Part shown: positions 52,465 through 62,527 of the stretch, one piece after another | Layout of the letters: every line of letters begins with the position of its first letter | Numbering within the stretch: the stretch's first letter is position 1 | From: Methanocaldococcus sp. 28A | GTDB taxonomy: Archaea; AGJL01; Methanococci; Methanococcales; Methanocaldococcaceae | Assembly (NCBI GenBank): GCA_049852185.1 | Contig: CP187540.1 | DNA: 64,000 nucleotides | Reading direction: 5' to 3' (one strand) | Position numbers and translations under genes: made by a program | Notes under the pieces: generated by a model | The model's database searches: none | Seen by the model: the letters and a program-made list of their open reading frames with translations, nothing else | Told to the model about the DNA's origin: nothing

Positions 52465-53843
52465 CTCCCTTTAAGATTTTTTTCTATCCTAAAGAGCTTT
52501 AAAATCGTAGGTGCAAAGTCGTAAATAGTTGAAGTAATTTGCTTACTATCCTCCATTCCAGGTAAATAAATAGAAAATACACCATACTCAGAATGAACCG
52601 CATCATCAGGCCCTGTGTCATTCTCTAAAAGATATAGGCTTTCATAACCTAAGGTTCCTGCAGCCCTCCAACTTAAATTATCAAAATACACCATCATATC
52701 TGGCTTATCTCCTTTTGTCTTTGGATAAATATCTTCTGGGTAAAACACTTTAGTATCCCATTTTTCTCCATTTGGTCCCCTAATGCCTCTAATAATTTCT
52801 GCTACTTCATCTCTGACTTTATGGTAATTTTCTGGCTTTATTATACCATTTGGCTCTCTTCCCACAACATTGAGGAAGATTCTTGAGTAGTAACCTCCCC
52901 AAGCCCATGCTATTGTATTTCTCCAATCCACATCCAAATCTTCAAATCTCAACTGTTTTCCAGATTTTAAAATCTCAGGATTTTTAATCTTTAATAATCC
53001 TTCCTCAATCAACCACTGGTTTATTGCAAAAGCTCCCTTCATAGCTTTTATTCCATGGTCTGATACAATAATAACAGCAGTTTTATCCAAATCTAAAAGT
53101 TCTAAAGTTTTTCCAATTTCCTTATCAAGAAGTTTGTAATAATCTGGAATAACATTTTTGTAGGGATTATAGTCTCCAGGATATAAATGATGATTTTCAT
53201 CAAAATACTTCCAGAATGCATGATGGACTCTATCCAAACCAATTTCAACAAATTGGAAATAGTCCCAATCTTTTTCTTGAATTAGGTATCTTATAACTTC
53301 AAACCTTTTCTCAGTCATCTCCCAAAGTAATTCTTTTACCTCATCTCTATTGTCCTTCCTAAAAACCACGTCAAATATATACTCTCCAACGAGGTTTTCT
53401 ATTTCACTTTTGAGAGATTTTGGATAAGTGTAATTAACTGATGCGTCAGGGGTTATAAAGCAAGAGACCAAATGTCCTTTAATAGGCTTTGGAGGATAAC
53501 TTGGAGGAACGCCAACTAAGATTGATTTTTTCCCTACTTCCCCTAAATAATCCCAAACTGCTTTTTCTTTAACCATCAAACTGTGAGCAATCCAGATATT
53601 ATTATAAGTTCCTTTCTTTCTATGCCTAAATCCATAAAGCCCTAATTCTCCTGGAGTTTTACCAGTAGCCATTACCATCCAGGCAGGAATAGTTATAGCA
53701 GGAACACAACTTTTCATAGGGCCATATATTGATTTCTCTAAAAGCTTTTTTATGTTTGGTAGTTTATCTAATAACTTATCAAATAAAAGTTCTGGAGGAG
53801 CAGAATCTAAGCCAATAACAAATACTTTTTTTACATTTTCCAT
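52452..53843 (-). CDS. Alkaline-phosphatase-superfamily protein (type I phosphodiesterase/NPP-like)
   Basis: VIGLDS, PAITIPAW...TGK.PG..G.YGF, DRVHH, VSDHG, DAVH...G. Confidence 0.85.
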   Translation of the reverse strand: MENVKKVFVIGLDSAPPELLFDKLLDKLPNIKKLLEKSIYGPMKSCVPAITIPAWMVMATGKTPGELGLYGFRHRKKGTYNNIWIAHSLMVKEKAVWDYLGEVGKKSILVGVPPSYPPKPIKGHLVSCFITPDASVNYTYPKSLKSEIENLVGEYIFDVVFRKDNRDEVKELLWEMTEKRFEVIRYLIQEKDWDYFQFVEIGLDRVHHAFWKYFDENHHLYPGDYNPYKNVIPDYYKLLDKEIGKTLELLDLDKTAVIIVSDHGIKAMKGAFAINQWLIEEGLLKIKNPEILKSGKQLRFEDLDVDWRNTIAWAWGGYYSRIFLNVVGREPNGIIKPENYHKVRDEVAEIIRGIRGPNGEKWDTKVFYPEDIYPKTKGDKPDMMVYFDNLSWRAAGTLGYESLYLLENDTGPDDAVHSEYGVFSIYLPGMEDSKQITSTIYDFAPTILKLFRIEKNLKGRCIL

Positions 53844-53847
53844 TATA

Positions 53848-54807
53848 TCACCTTAAATATAAATTTATAATTTCCAAAACATCATCAACATTACTTTTTT
53901 CCAAAATACATCCTAAGACATCCTTCTTCCCACCAGCGTTGTAATTTTTGTGTTTTAATGTTTGAATAAGTTCAGCCATCTTTATTTTGTCAGTTAAATT
54001 AGATGAAATTCTGAAATATATCTGTGCTTTTCCGTTAAAATCTTCATTTACAACTACTGCTCCATCATAACCCATTTCCCAAACAACTTTCCTTGCAACT
54101 TTTGAGATAATGTTAAATTTACTCTTAAATCTAATAAATACGATCCTATTTTTAACTATTATATTTGAAATAGCATCTTCTATTGCATCATTGATTTTTT
54201 CAAGATTCTTGTTCCATTTTTCATACTCTAAAAGTTCTTTTGGTTCTAAATTTAAAATAACTTTCACAGCATTTTCAACTTCATCCCTATCCATTACAAT
54301 ATAATTTGAATCAATCAATTGAACCAATTTTACTGCATCTTCTTTACCAATTCCTTCTAAATTTAGAAATTTTTTAACTTTTGAAATACTAAATGCCTTC
54401 TCTCCAATATCCCCCACAGCTCCAAGTGCAGATAAATAGTTCCAGAAGGAAAAATGGTATGAAACAACAAAAGATGCTGATGGGAAATTTTTACCTTCTA
54501 AAACTGGGTTTATTTGCCTAACTTTTGGATTTTCAATCCTTTTTTGTATGTGATGATCGATGAATATTGTTTCCTTGTTAATATTTTCTACGTCTTGCGG
54601 GAGATTTAAATCTAAGACATAGATTTTTTCTGCCTGTTCAATTTTTTTCCATATTCTTTCATCAAATCTAAACTCACCAATTGGTGGAATTACATTTATA
54701 AAATCCTCTAAATTTAAAGCTTTAACTGTTAAAGCTGCTGAAGTAATTCCATCAGTGTCCCAATGGTGAATTATCAACATATTAACCATCCACAAATGGG
54801 TTTTCAA
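53848..54807 (-). CDS. DHH-family phosphoesterase, probable PAP phosphatase
   Basis: HHWDTDG, LDL, IDHH, AVGD, AGG motifs; sits between sat and cysC. Confidence 0.8.
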   Translation of the reverse strand: MKTHLWMVNMLIIHHWDTDGITSAALTVKALNLEDFINVIPPIGEFRFDERIWKKIEQAEKIYVLDLNLPQDVENINKETIFIDHHIQKRIENPKVRQINPVLEGKNFPSASFVVSYHFSFWNYLSALGAVGDIGEKAFSISKVKKFLNLEGIGKEDAVKLVQLIDSNYIVMDRDEVENAVKVILNLEPKELLEYEKWNKNLEKINDAIEDAISNIIVKNRIVFIRFKSKFNIISKVARKVVWEMGYDGAVVVNEDFNGKAQIYFRISSNLTDKIKMAELIQTLKHKNYNAGGKKDVLGCILEKSNVDDVLEIINLYLR

Positions 54808-55930
54808 AACTCATTATTGTTTCATAAACCTCTTTTCTCATAAAGTATTCTGGAGGTATTTCACCATTAACAATCATATTTCTGATTTTAGTTCCACTGA
54901 AATATTCTCTATCTTCCATTGGGTGAGGACAAATCCTTTCATTTACTATACCTTTACATTTTTTGCAATAGAAGAATTCTTTAAAGAACATTGGTGTTAT
55001 TCCTAAATCTGGGAAGTTTTTAAATATTTCTTGTGCTTCGTAAGGGCCATAATAGTTTCCAACCCCTGCATGGTCTCTTCCAACAATAAAGTGTGTGCAT
55101 CCAAAATTCTTTCTCATTATTGCGTGATGGATAGCTTCTCTTGGCCCAGCATATCTCATCTCATATCTAACCGTTGCCAAAACTGCAGAATCCTTTGGAT
55201 AGTAGTGCTTAAATAATGTTTCATATGCTTTCAAAATAACTTCATCTCTATAATCGCCTTTCTTTTTCTTTCCTAAAACAGGGTTTATAAACAATCCATC
55301 AACAAAGGTTAATGCGGATTTTTGTAAGTATTCATGCCCCAAATGAGGAACATTCCTCGTTTGAAATGCCACAATAGTTTCAAATTTTCTCTCTTTAAAT
55401 AATACTCTTGTTTCTATTGGTCTTAAGGTGTATTTCTCAAAGGTGTTAGGTAATTCATTTAAAAGTCTAATTTCTCCGCCAACAAGATATTCATTCATAT
55501 TATAAACTTTTGCTACTCCAGGATGGTTTATATCTGTAGTTTTAAAGACTTTTTGGGCAAATTCTTTTTTATCATATTTGTAGATATCCTCCACATTCAT
55601 AACAGCTATTGGGATATTTTCATGATATAAAAGGATTTCATCTCCAACATCAAATTTTAAATCTTTCCCTTTTACATCCAAAACTATAGGAATGCTCCAT
55701 GGTAAATCATTAGGTAATCTCATATCATCTAAAACATATTGAAATTCTTCTTCTCTTAAAAACCCTTCAAGTGGGGAGTATATTCCATGTGCAATATTTT
55801 CAATGTCTATTGCAGTTCCTTCCCTAATACTTATTTTATAATATTCATCTTTTTCTTCTAAAATTCTCTCTTTACTTTTCTCAGATAATAATTTTCTAAC
55901 TAATTTTCCCCCATGAGGCTTTGAAACCAC
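54782..55930 (-). CDS. sat: Sulfate adenylyltransferase (ATP sulfurylase)
   Basis: PHGGKL, YSPLEGF, AFQTRNVPHLGHE, YAGPREAIHHA, VGRDHAGVG, SGTKIR. Confidence 0.97.
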   Translation of the reverse strand: MVSKPHGGKLVRKLLSEKSKERILEEKDEYYKISIREGTAIDIENIAHGIYSPLEGFLREEEFQYVLDDMRLPNDLPWSIPIVLDVKGKDLKFDVGDEILLYHENIPIAVMNVEDIYKYDKKEFAQKVFKTTDINHPGVAKVYNMNEYLVGGEIRLLNELPNTFEKYTLRPIETRVLFKERKFETIVAFQTRNVPHLGHEYLQKSALTFVDGLFINPVLGKKKKGDYRDEVILKAYETLFKHYYPKDSAVLATVRYEMRYAGPREAIHHAIMRKNFGCTHFIVGRDHAGVGNYYGPYEAQEIFKNFPDLGITPMFFKEFFYCKKCKGIVNERICPHPMEDREYFSGTKIRNMIVNGEIPPEYFMRKEVYETIMSFENPFVDG

Positions 55931-55988
55931 AGTATCACCTTTAATGATATTTAATTAAGTTTAATTAAAATAAAAAATAATAAATTTG

Positions 55989-56216
55989 CTAATCTAAATA
56001 TCCTAATGCTCTTAATCTCTCTTTAACTTTCTCCTCTTCCTCCTCACTAAATACTTCTTCTTTTTCTTTCTCCTCTAAACTTGCTAAAACCTCTCTTAAA
56101 ACGTAGGTTACATAATCTGAGACAGATGTAAATCCAGTCCCTTCAATTCTTTTTTTAATCTTTTCATAAAGTTGGATTGGTATTGAGACTGTTGTATATT
56201 TTCTTTCATCTGACAT
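55989..56216 (-). CDS. Ribbon-helix-helix (CopG-like) regulator with ERLRALGY tail
   Basis: YTTVSIP..LYEKI...GFTSVSDYV.YVLRE; first gene of the sat operon. Confidence 0.85.
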   Translation of the reverse strand: MSDERKYTTVSIPIQLYEKIKKRIEGTGFTSVSDYVTYVLREVLASLEEKEKEEVFSEEEEEKVKERLRALGYLD

Positions 56217-56326
56217 CTTTTCACCTTAATGATATTTAATGATATTTAATTAAATTGCATTAGGTATATATATCTTACTCTGATAAATATAAATACCCTA
56301 TTTTTTAGTAGAATAAAAAATAGAGA

Positions 56327-57871
56327 TTGAGAGGTTGGGTAATATTGAGCGAAGTTAATAAAGTCCTACATGGGATTGCGAAAGGAGCTGGAATCGTATT
56401 CTTAGGAACAATTATTTCAATGTTCTTTGGATTCTTAAGTGTAGTAATTATAGCAAGGTATTTCTCTACTGCTGAATATGGAATATACAACATGGCTTGG
56501 ACTATTCTGAATATAGCCATGGTAATTGCTATGCTTGGATTTCCTAATTCTCTTCCAAGAGAAATTGCATATTACAAAGAAAAAGAACCTTTAAAAATAG
56601 GATGTCTAATATCAACTGCATTGACAATTATATTATTAGTAAGCTTATCTGTTACAGCATTTCTGATTTTTGGATCAATTTATATTGCTCAGATATTCAA
56701 TGAAGAAATGCTAATTTATACTTTGAAGATAATGTCACTTGCACTCCCTTTTTTAGCTTTAACAGGAACTTTTGTAGCTATATCTCAAGGGTTTGGAAGA
56801 GTTAGAGAAAAGGTTTATTTTCAAAATATATTATACCCTATACTATGGTTTTCTTTTTTAGGACTTGTAGTTATTATGAAATTAAACTTTTATTACATTT
56901 TTGTATCATATGTAATAGCTCAAGTTATTACATTCTTTGCATTAGCTATAGATGTATTTAAAAAAAGATTATTTAAGATTGATATTATAGATTTAGAATT
57001 AGGGAAGGAATTAATAAAATTATCTATTCCTCTGATGTTTACGGGAATTGCTGGATTTATAATGACATGGACAGATACATTGATGCTTGGATTCTATAAA
57101 ACTTCAGAAGCTGTTGGTTTATACAATGCTGCAGCTTCATTAGCAAAGCTATTGCCTATAGTTTTATATTCTGCTGGTTTCATCTACCCTCCTTTAGCTA
57201 CGGCTCTCTATGCTCAAGGAAAAATTAATAAATTAAAGAGGGTTTATCAAGTATTAACAAAGTGGATGTTTCTTGCAACTTTACCTTTGTTTATTTTAAT
57301 GTTTCTCTTCCCAGAGGCTACATTAGGATTTTTCTTTGGAGAAAAATATTTAGAAGCTAGTAGTATTCTTCAGATCCTCGCCTTGGGTTTTATGTTCCAC
57401 ACACTCTTGGGTTTAAACGGGTTAAGTTTGATTGTTATTAAAGAGAGTAATTTTGTAATGTATTCAACTTTGATATCTGCAGTTATAAATGTGTTTTTGA
57501 ATGTTCTACTGATACAGAGTTATGGTATCAAAGGAGCTGCTATCGCTACAGCAATTTCATACTTTACAACAAATGTTTTAAATTCTCTCAGGCTTTATCA
57601 GAAGGCTAAAGTTCATCCATTTAGTAGAAATTATATCAAAGTTGTTGTTATTAGTCTTATTATGTCAGGATTTGTTTGGATTTTACATTTTAAAATGTTA
57701 AACATATTGTATGCAAGCCTTGTTTTAATAGCATTTCTGATAGTTTACTTATTATTATTATTACTAAGCAAAAGTATTGATAAAGAAGATATTGATCTAT
57801 TATTAGCTATAGAGAGAAAAATTGGGATTAATTTAAGTATTTTAAAAAAAGTTTTACAAAGGTTTATTTAA
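56327..57871 (+). CDS. Oligosaccharide flippase (second Wzx-like)
   Basis: IAKGAGIVF, ARYFS..EYG.Y, WTDTLMLG, VGLYNAA, YGIKGAAIAT. Confidence 0.9.
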   Translation: MRGWVILSEVNKVLHGIAKGAGIVFLGTIISMFFGFLSVVIIARYFSTAEYGIYNMAWTILNIAMVIAMLGFPNSLPREIAYYKEKEPLKIGCLISTALTIILLVSLSVTAFLIFGSIYIAQIFNEEMLIYTLKIMSLALPFLALTGTFVAISQGFGRVREKVYFQNILYPILWFSFLGLVVIMKLNFYYIFVSYVIAQVITFFALAIDVFKKRLFKIDIIDLELGKELIKLSIPLMFTGIAGFIMTWTDTLMLGFYKTSEAVGLYNAAASLAKLLPIVLYSAGFIYPPLATALYAQGKINKLKRVYQVLTKWMFLATLPLFILMFLFPEATLGFFFGEKYLEASSILQILALGFMFHTLLGLNGLSLIVIKESNFVMYSTLISAVINVFLNVLLIQSYGIKGAAIATAISYFTTNVLNSLRLYQKAKVHPFSRNYIKVVVISLIMSGFVWILHFKMLNILYASLVLIAFLIVYLLLLLLSKSIDKEDIDLLLAIERKIGINLSILKKVLQRFI

Positions 57872-59235
57872 ATCTTGATTTTTGGAACTTTTGCTACTGT
57901 TGCGGTTTTCAGGAACTTCATAACTTCTTTTTTCATATGTTTTACAATATCCTCTGAAACCTCTATTTTAGGATTGTATGAAATTATTTCTTCGAACTTC
58001 CATTCAGTCACGTTGAAAATTCCTTTAAAGTTTTTGTAATATACTGCTATACGATATTTTTCAAGTTGTTCTATGTTTTTCTTTTCTTCTTCAGTTAATA
58101 ATTCACCAACATTTACATGTATTCCATAAGACTCTGCAAATACTGTATTAGAATATAACATACTGTCATCAGTTGATTTGTTTTCTATTAAATTTAATAT
58201 AAATGGTTTTAACATTGTTAGGCTAATATACTTTGAGTTATTCTCTATGATTTCAAGGTTAAGTCCTTTAGGATATTTTATTAATAATGGTATTCTCAAA
58301 ACTTCATCATATAAAAAAGTTCCATGACCTATTCTTCCATGTTCACCTATTAGTTGTCCATGATCACTAGTCACAATAATAAGAGAGTTATCAAAGAGAT
58401 TATGTTCTTTTAAAATCTTCATTAATTCTAAGATTCTTCCGGTTACATATTTAACTTCTTCTAAGTATTTTTGCTTCCACATTTGAACTGTTTTAGGGTC
58501 AAGTCTATTAGTTTTTAAGTTTTCTACGCTTTTATCATTTTCATTTGGAAAATAGGGCTCATGTACTTCCATTAAGTTTATAAAGATATATTTTGGATTT
58601 TTATTTGAAGTAAACCTTAAGTATTTTATAATTGTTTTTATTAAATTTTTAGCACCTTTATCTTTTGGCCATTTTTCACCAAAAGGCCAATACTTAGTGA
58701 TAATTACATTTAATCCTGCCCTTATTAATAACATACATTGTCTAGAAAATAAAAATGTTTTAAGAATGTCAAACTTATTTTTTAAGTTATATTCTTGTTT
58801 TAATTTTTCTATGCATTTTAGGTCATCATTAGATAACCATGGAAAAGAAATAATGTCATAAAAATTATTAAATCCTATGAATCCAAAGGATGGCCTTATA
58901 TATGGATTAGCACTGAATAAAGAAGTTTCAAATCCCAATTCTAACAATTGTACACTTAAAATTTCTCTATTTTTCTTAAGTTTAACTCCAAAATCTTTTC
59001 TGTTTTTAGTTTCATGAGCTCCATGAAATGCTGGATATAAGCCCGTAAAAATTGATGCATGGCTTGGGGTTGTCCATGGAGCGGGTGCTATTGCATTATT
59101 ATAGGATACAAATCCTATTTTTGTTAGTGCATCTTCCAATGGTTTGGCAAAATCTTTTCTCATAGTATCTACAATGATAATGATTACATTTGGTAAATTG
59201 TCCATTCTACACACCCTTGTTTTAAACGTGATCAA
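57868..59235 (-). CDS. Sulfatase-like hydrolase/transferase
   Basis: PNVIIIIVDTMRKD, APAPWTTPSHASIFTG, NLMEVHEPY, TSDHG..IGEHG. Confidence 0.85.
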   Translation of the reverse strand: MITFKTRVCRMDNLPNVIIIIVDTMRKDFAKPLEDALTKIGFVSYNNAIAPAPWTTPSHASIFTGLYPAFHGAHETKNRKDFGVKLKKNREILSVQLLELGFETSLFSANPYIRPSFGFIGFNNFYDIISFPWLSNDDLKCIEKLKQEYNLKNKFDILKTFLFSRQCMLLIRAGLNVIITKYWPFGEKWPKDKGAKNLIKTIIKYLRFTSNKNPKYIFINLMEVHEPYFPNENDKSVENLKTNRLDPKTVQMWKQKYLEEVKYVTGRILELMKILKEHNLFDNSLIIVTSDHGQLIGEHGRIGHGTFLYDEVLRIPLLIKYPKGLNLEIIENNSKYISLTMLKPFILNLIENKSTDDSMLYSNTVFAESYGIHVNVGELLTEEEKKNIEQLEKYRIAVYYKNFKGIFNVTEWKFEEIISYNPKIEVSEDIVKHMKKEVMKFLKTATVAKVPKIKI

Positions 59236-60136
59236 TCATCTTTGAGCTTATTAATTCCTCCCTAACTTTATATTCCCATAGCCCCCATAAAGGTTTCATA
59301 ATACTAGGTTGTGGAGGACTTCCAGTATATTTTATAACCTTTCTATTACCATACCAAGTCCATGCTTTTTCTACGATTTCTTTTGCCACAATCTCCCAGA
59401 ATTTGTTCCAGTCCATGATTTCTTTTAATTTCGTTAATATTTTATCATACGGGCTCCAATCATATTTTTTATAGAATTTCTTATGTTCTTCTATTCGTGT
59501 TAGATAATTACCAGGAAACAATGCATAGTAATGGTAGACTGGCTTAGGTACATATGCATAGTGAATCGACTTTAGGGCCCTTAATGGATGCGTAATATTT
59601 CTTAGAGCAATCTTTACAATCCCTAAAGGAGTAAATATAAATCCTCCACTGTCCCCACCAAGCTTAATATACTCATTATTTTTAGAAAACAATGGTGCCC
59701 AAATCTCTGGTTTAATTATCCAGTTACCTACAAAATATAGATAGGGTAAATAAAATATCTTAACTTTAGGATACATTCTTGCTAAGAAAATCAGTTCCTC
59801 TATTGTCTCTTTATCAAACACATGATCTGGATCTATTTTCAAAATATAATCTCCAGAGCTTTCCTCCATTGCTTCGTTTAAAATTTGAGCAAATAATTCC
59901 CCTAAGTCTTTTTTACCTCTCCATTTTTTTCTTTTTATTATTATCTTATCCTCATACACTTCTACTAATTTTTTAAGAACTTCATAAGTACCGTCATCAC
60001 TATAACCTTCACAAATTATCATTTCTTCACAGTATGGAATTACTGACAAAATTGCCTCTACGAAAGGATATCCTTGGGAAATTAAGTTTCTAGCCAACAT
60101 AATACATGATAATTTAATTTTCCTTTCTCTTGACAT
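59222..60136 (-). CDS. Glycosyltransferase family 2
   Basis: YPFVEAI.S, EGYSDDGT, GDYILKIDPD (DXD). Confidence 0.8.
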   Translation of the reverse strand: MSRERKIKLSCIMLARNLISQGYPFVEAILSVIPYCEEMIICEGYSDDGTYEVLKKLVEVYEDKIIIKRKKWRGKKDLGELFAQILNEAMEESSGDYILKIDPDHVFDKETIEELIFLARMYPKVKIFYLPYLYFVGNWIIKPEIWAPLFSKNNEYIKLGGDSGGFIFTPLGIVKIALRNITHPLRALKSIHYAYVPKPVYHYYALFPGNYLTRIEEHKKFYKKYDWSPYDKILTKLKEIMDWNKFWEIVAKEIVEKAWTWYGNRKVIKYTGSPPQPSIMKPLWGLWEYKVREELISSKMIDHV

Positions 60137-60148
60137 AAGTTTGCCTCC

Positions 60149-61246
60149 TTAGAACTTTTTGATAGTTTCGCATATGTATTTTACTTCTTCCTCTTTTAAC
60201 CAAGGATGCATAGGTAAGGAGAGTATCTCGTTGCTAATTTTCTCAGTAATTGGTAACTGAACATTAATGCCTAAATCCACATAAGCTTTTTGTTTATGTA
60301 CGGGAATTGGATAATGTATCTGGGTCTGTATTCCATTTTCTGATAAATATTTTTGTAACTTATCCCTTTCCTTATGTCTTATTATGTATAAATGATAAAC
60401 ATGTTTAGCCCACACTTTTTCAATAGGTGTGATTACCTCATAGTCTTCTAGAAGCTTATTATACAGCTTGGCCATTTTTCTCCTTCTTTTGTTCCATTCA
60501 TCTAAGTATTTCAGCTTCACTCTAAGTATTGCTGCTTGTAATTCATCAAGTCTGCTGTTGACTCCTATAAGATTATGATAATATTTTTTAGATGAGCCGT
60601 AGCTTCTTAACACTCTCAATTTCTCAGCGAGCTCATCATCGTTAGTAACTACCACTCCACCATCTCCATATGCCCCAAGGTTTTTTGTCGGATAAAAACT
60701 GAAGCAGCCAACATCTCCAATATTTCCAACTTTTCGTCCCTTATATTCTGCTCCATGTGCCTGGCTTGCATCTTCTATTACATACAGTCCATACTCCTCT
60801 GCTATTTCTAATATGGGGTCCATATCTGCAGGATGGCCATACAAATGGACCGGAACAATTGCCTTTGTTTTTTCTGTAATCTTTTTTTCGATTTGACTTA
60901 CATCTATAGTATATGTTTCAGGATCGATATCCACAAAAACAGGTTTAGCTCCATTTCTTGTAATAGCATCCACTGTTGATATAAATGTGTGAGAAACAGT
61001 TATAACTTCATCATCTTTACTAACACCAAGAGCTTTGACAGCTAAGTATAACGCATCAGAACCAGAATTCACACCAATTACGTGCTTTGCTCCCAAATAC
61101 TCAGCAAACTCCTTTTCAAAAGCTTCAAGTTCCTTCCCTAAAATGAACCACCCACTTTCTAAAACTCTTTGTATTACTTGATTAATCTCTTTCTTAATTT
61201 CTTGATATTCTCGCCTTAAATCTACAAATGAAATCATTTTAAACAC
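60149..61246 (-). CDS. DegT-family sugar aminotransferase (FdtB/QdtB-like)
   Basis: [42 protein letters not shown]. Confidence 0.93.
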   Translation of the reverse strand: MFKMISFVDLRREYQEIKKEINQVIQRVLESGWFILGKELEAFEKEFAEYLGAKHVIGVNSGSDALYLAVKALGVSKDDEVITVSHTFISTVDAITRNGAKPVFVDIDPETYTIDVSQIEKKITEKTKAIVPVHLYGHPADMDPILEIAEEYGLYVIEDASQAHGAEYKGRKVGNIGDVGCFSFYPTKNLGAYGDGGVVVTNDDELAEKLRVLRSYGSSKKYYHNLIGVNSRLDELQAAILRVKLKYLDEWNKRRRKMAKLYNKLLEDYEVITPIEKVWAKHVYHLYIIRHKERDKLQKYLSENGIQTQIHYPIPVHKQKAYVDLGINVQLPITEKISNEILSLPMHPWLKEEEVKYICETIKKF

Positions 61247-61875
61247 ACCACCTTACCATTTATTTTTTTGTAAGTTTTTCCACATTTACATACTGCCATG
61301 TCTCCTTTAAAGTGTAAGTCCATTCCGCACTTACACACATAGCCTTTCAATTCTGCTGGAACTCCATAAACCAAGGCATAATCTGGAACATCTTTAGTAA
61401 CTACCGCTCCAGCACCAATCATTGCCCATTTCCCAATGGTCACGCCACATACTATTGTCACATTTGCCCCAATGCTTGCACCTTCTTTCACATAGGTTTT
61501 AATAAATTCAGGTGGATATATTTTACTTCTCGGTCGTAAGTCATTGGTAAATGTAACATTGGGTCCTATAAACACGTTATTCTCTATTCTCACACCATCC
61601 CATAATTGGACTCCGCTTTTTATAGTAACATTATTACCAACTATTACATCATTCTCTATAAAAACATAATCACAAATATTGCAGTTTTTTCCAATTTTTG
61701 CTCTTGGAAGAATATGAACATATGCCCAGATTCTTGTTCCTTTTCCAATATTTTCACTCTCAACAAGAGCCTTTGGATGAATAAAAACCTCTTTTTCTTC
61801 TAGTTTTTTTCTTATTCTAGATAAATACTTGTTATAATCATGATATTTTCTTTGTAATTCTCTTATCGAATTCAT
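61234..61875 (-). CDS. Hexapeptide-repeat sugar N-acetyltransferase (FdtC/QdtC-like)
   Basis: [38 protein letters not shown]; start 61875 preferred. Confidence 0.88.
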   Translation of the reverse strand: MNSIRELQRKYHDYNKYLSRIRKKLEEKEVFIHPKALVESENIGKGTRIWAYVHILPRAKIGKNCNICDYVFIENDVIVGNNVTIKSGVQLWDGVRIENNVFIGPNVTFTNDLRPRSKIYPPEFIKTYVKEGASIGANVTIVCGVTIGKWAMIGAGAVVTKDVPDYALVYGVPAELKGYVCKCGMDLHFKGDMAVCKCGKTYKKINGKVVCLK

Positions 61876-62299
61876 TCCAAAATCCCTCTCTTGCCATTTT
61901 TCTAAACGTTTCATAATCCCTTATATAGTCTTTCTCGTCATATGGCATAGATGCTAACACTAAAGTCACTGAGTTCGAAGAAAAGTTAACTAACTCTCTC
62001 CAAATCCCCGGTGGAATATATAAACCATAGTGTGGCCTATTGAGAAAAACACTTTTTTTAGAATATCCATCATCAATTATTACTTCAAAACTACCACTTA
62101 ACGATATAATTACTTGTTCGAGTTCTATATGTGCATGCCCACCCCTAGTTGCTCCAGTAGGGACATCATATAGGTAGTATACTCTCTTAATTTCGAAAGG
62201 TACATGTTTGTACTCCTCGATAAAGGTTAGATTGCCCCTATAATCTGTAATTATTGGAAATTTAATAATTTTACACAGGTCTATTCTATCAGCTATCAT
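61838..62299 (-). CDS. dTDP-4-keto-6-deoxyglucose 3,4-ketoisomerase (FdtA/QdtA cupin)
   Basis: [34 protein letters not shown]. Confidence 0.93.
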   Translation of the reverse strand: MIADRIDLCKIIKFPIITDYRGNLTFIEEYKHVPFEIKRVYYLYDVPTGATRGGHAHIELEQVIISLSGSFEVIIDDGYSKKSVFLNRPHYGLYIPPGIWRELVNFSSNSVTLVLASMPYDEKDYIRDYETFRKMAREGFWNEFDKRITKKIS

Positions 62300-62527
62300 G
62301 AAATCACCTTACTATGTCATTACTATGTTAAATATATCATATGAGAGTGTGCATAATTAAAGAGTTAAATATAATGAGATAAAGTAATAGAGTAAAAAGC
62401 AAGAAAAAACTAAGGAGGTGAATAAAATTGGCCCCATTGAAATAGTTATAACTACCATAGATAAATACCTTACTGATAAAATCGAACAACTAAGGCGTAG
62501 AGGATGTAAGGGTTATGAGTTAATATT

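Noticed and set aside
51180-56216. Interpretation of sat/cysC as assimilatory or dissimilatory sulfate reduction
   Set aside because: No APS/PAPS or sulfite reductase in the window and the context is glycan synthesis; cannot be excluded if reductases lie elsewhere
62419-62527. Short frame MNKIGPIEIV...RRRGCKGY cut by the IS481 element
   Set aside because: Possibly the start of another transposase or disrupted gene but too short to assign
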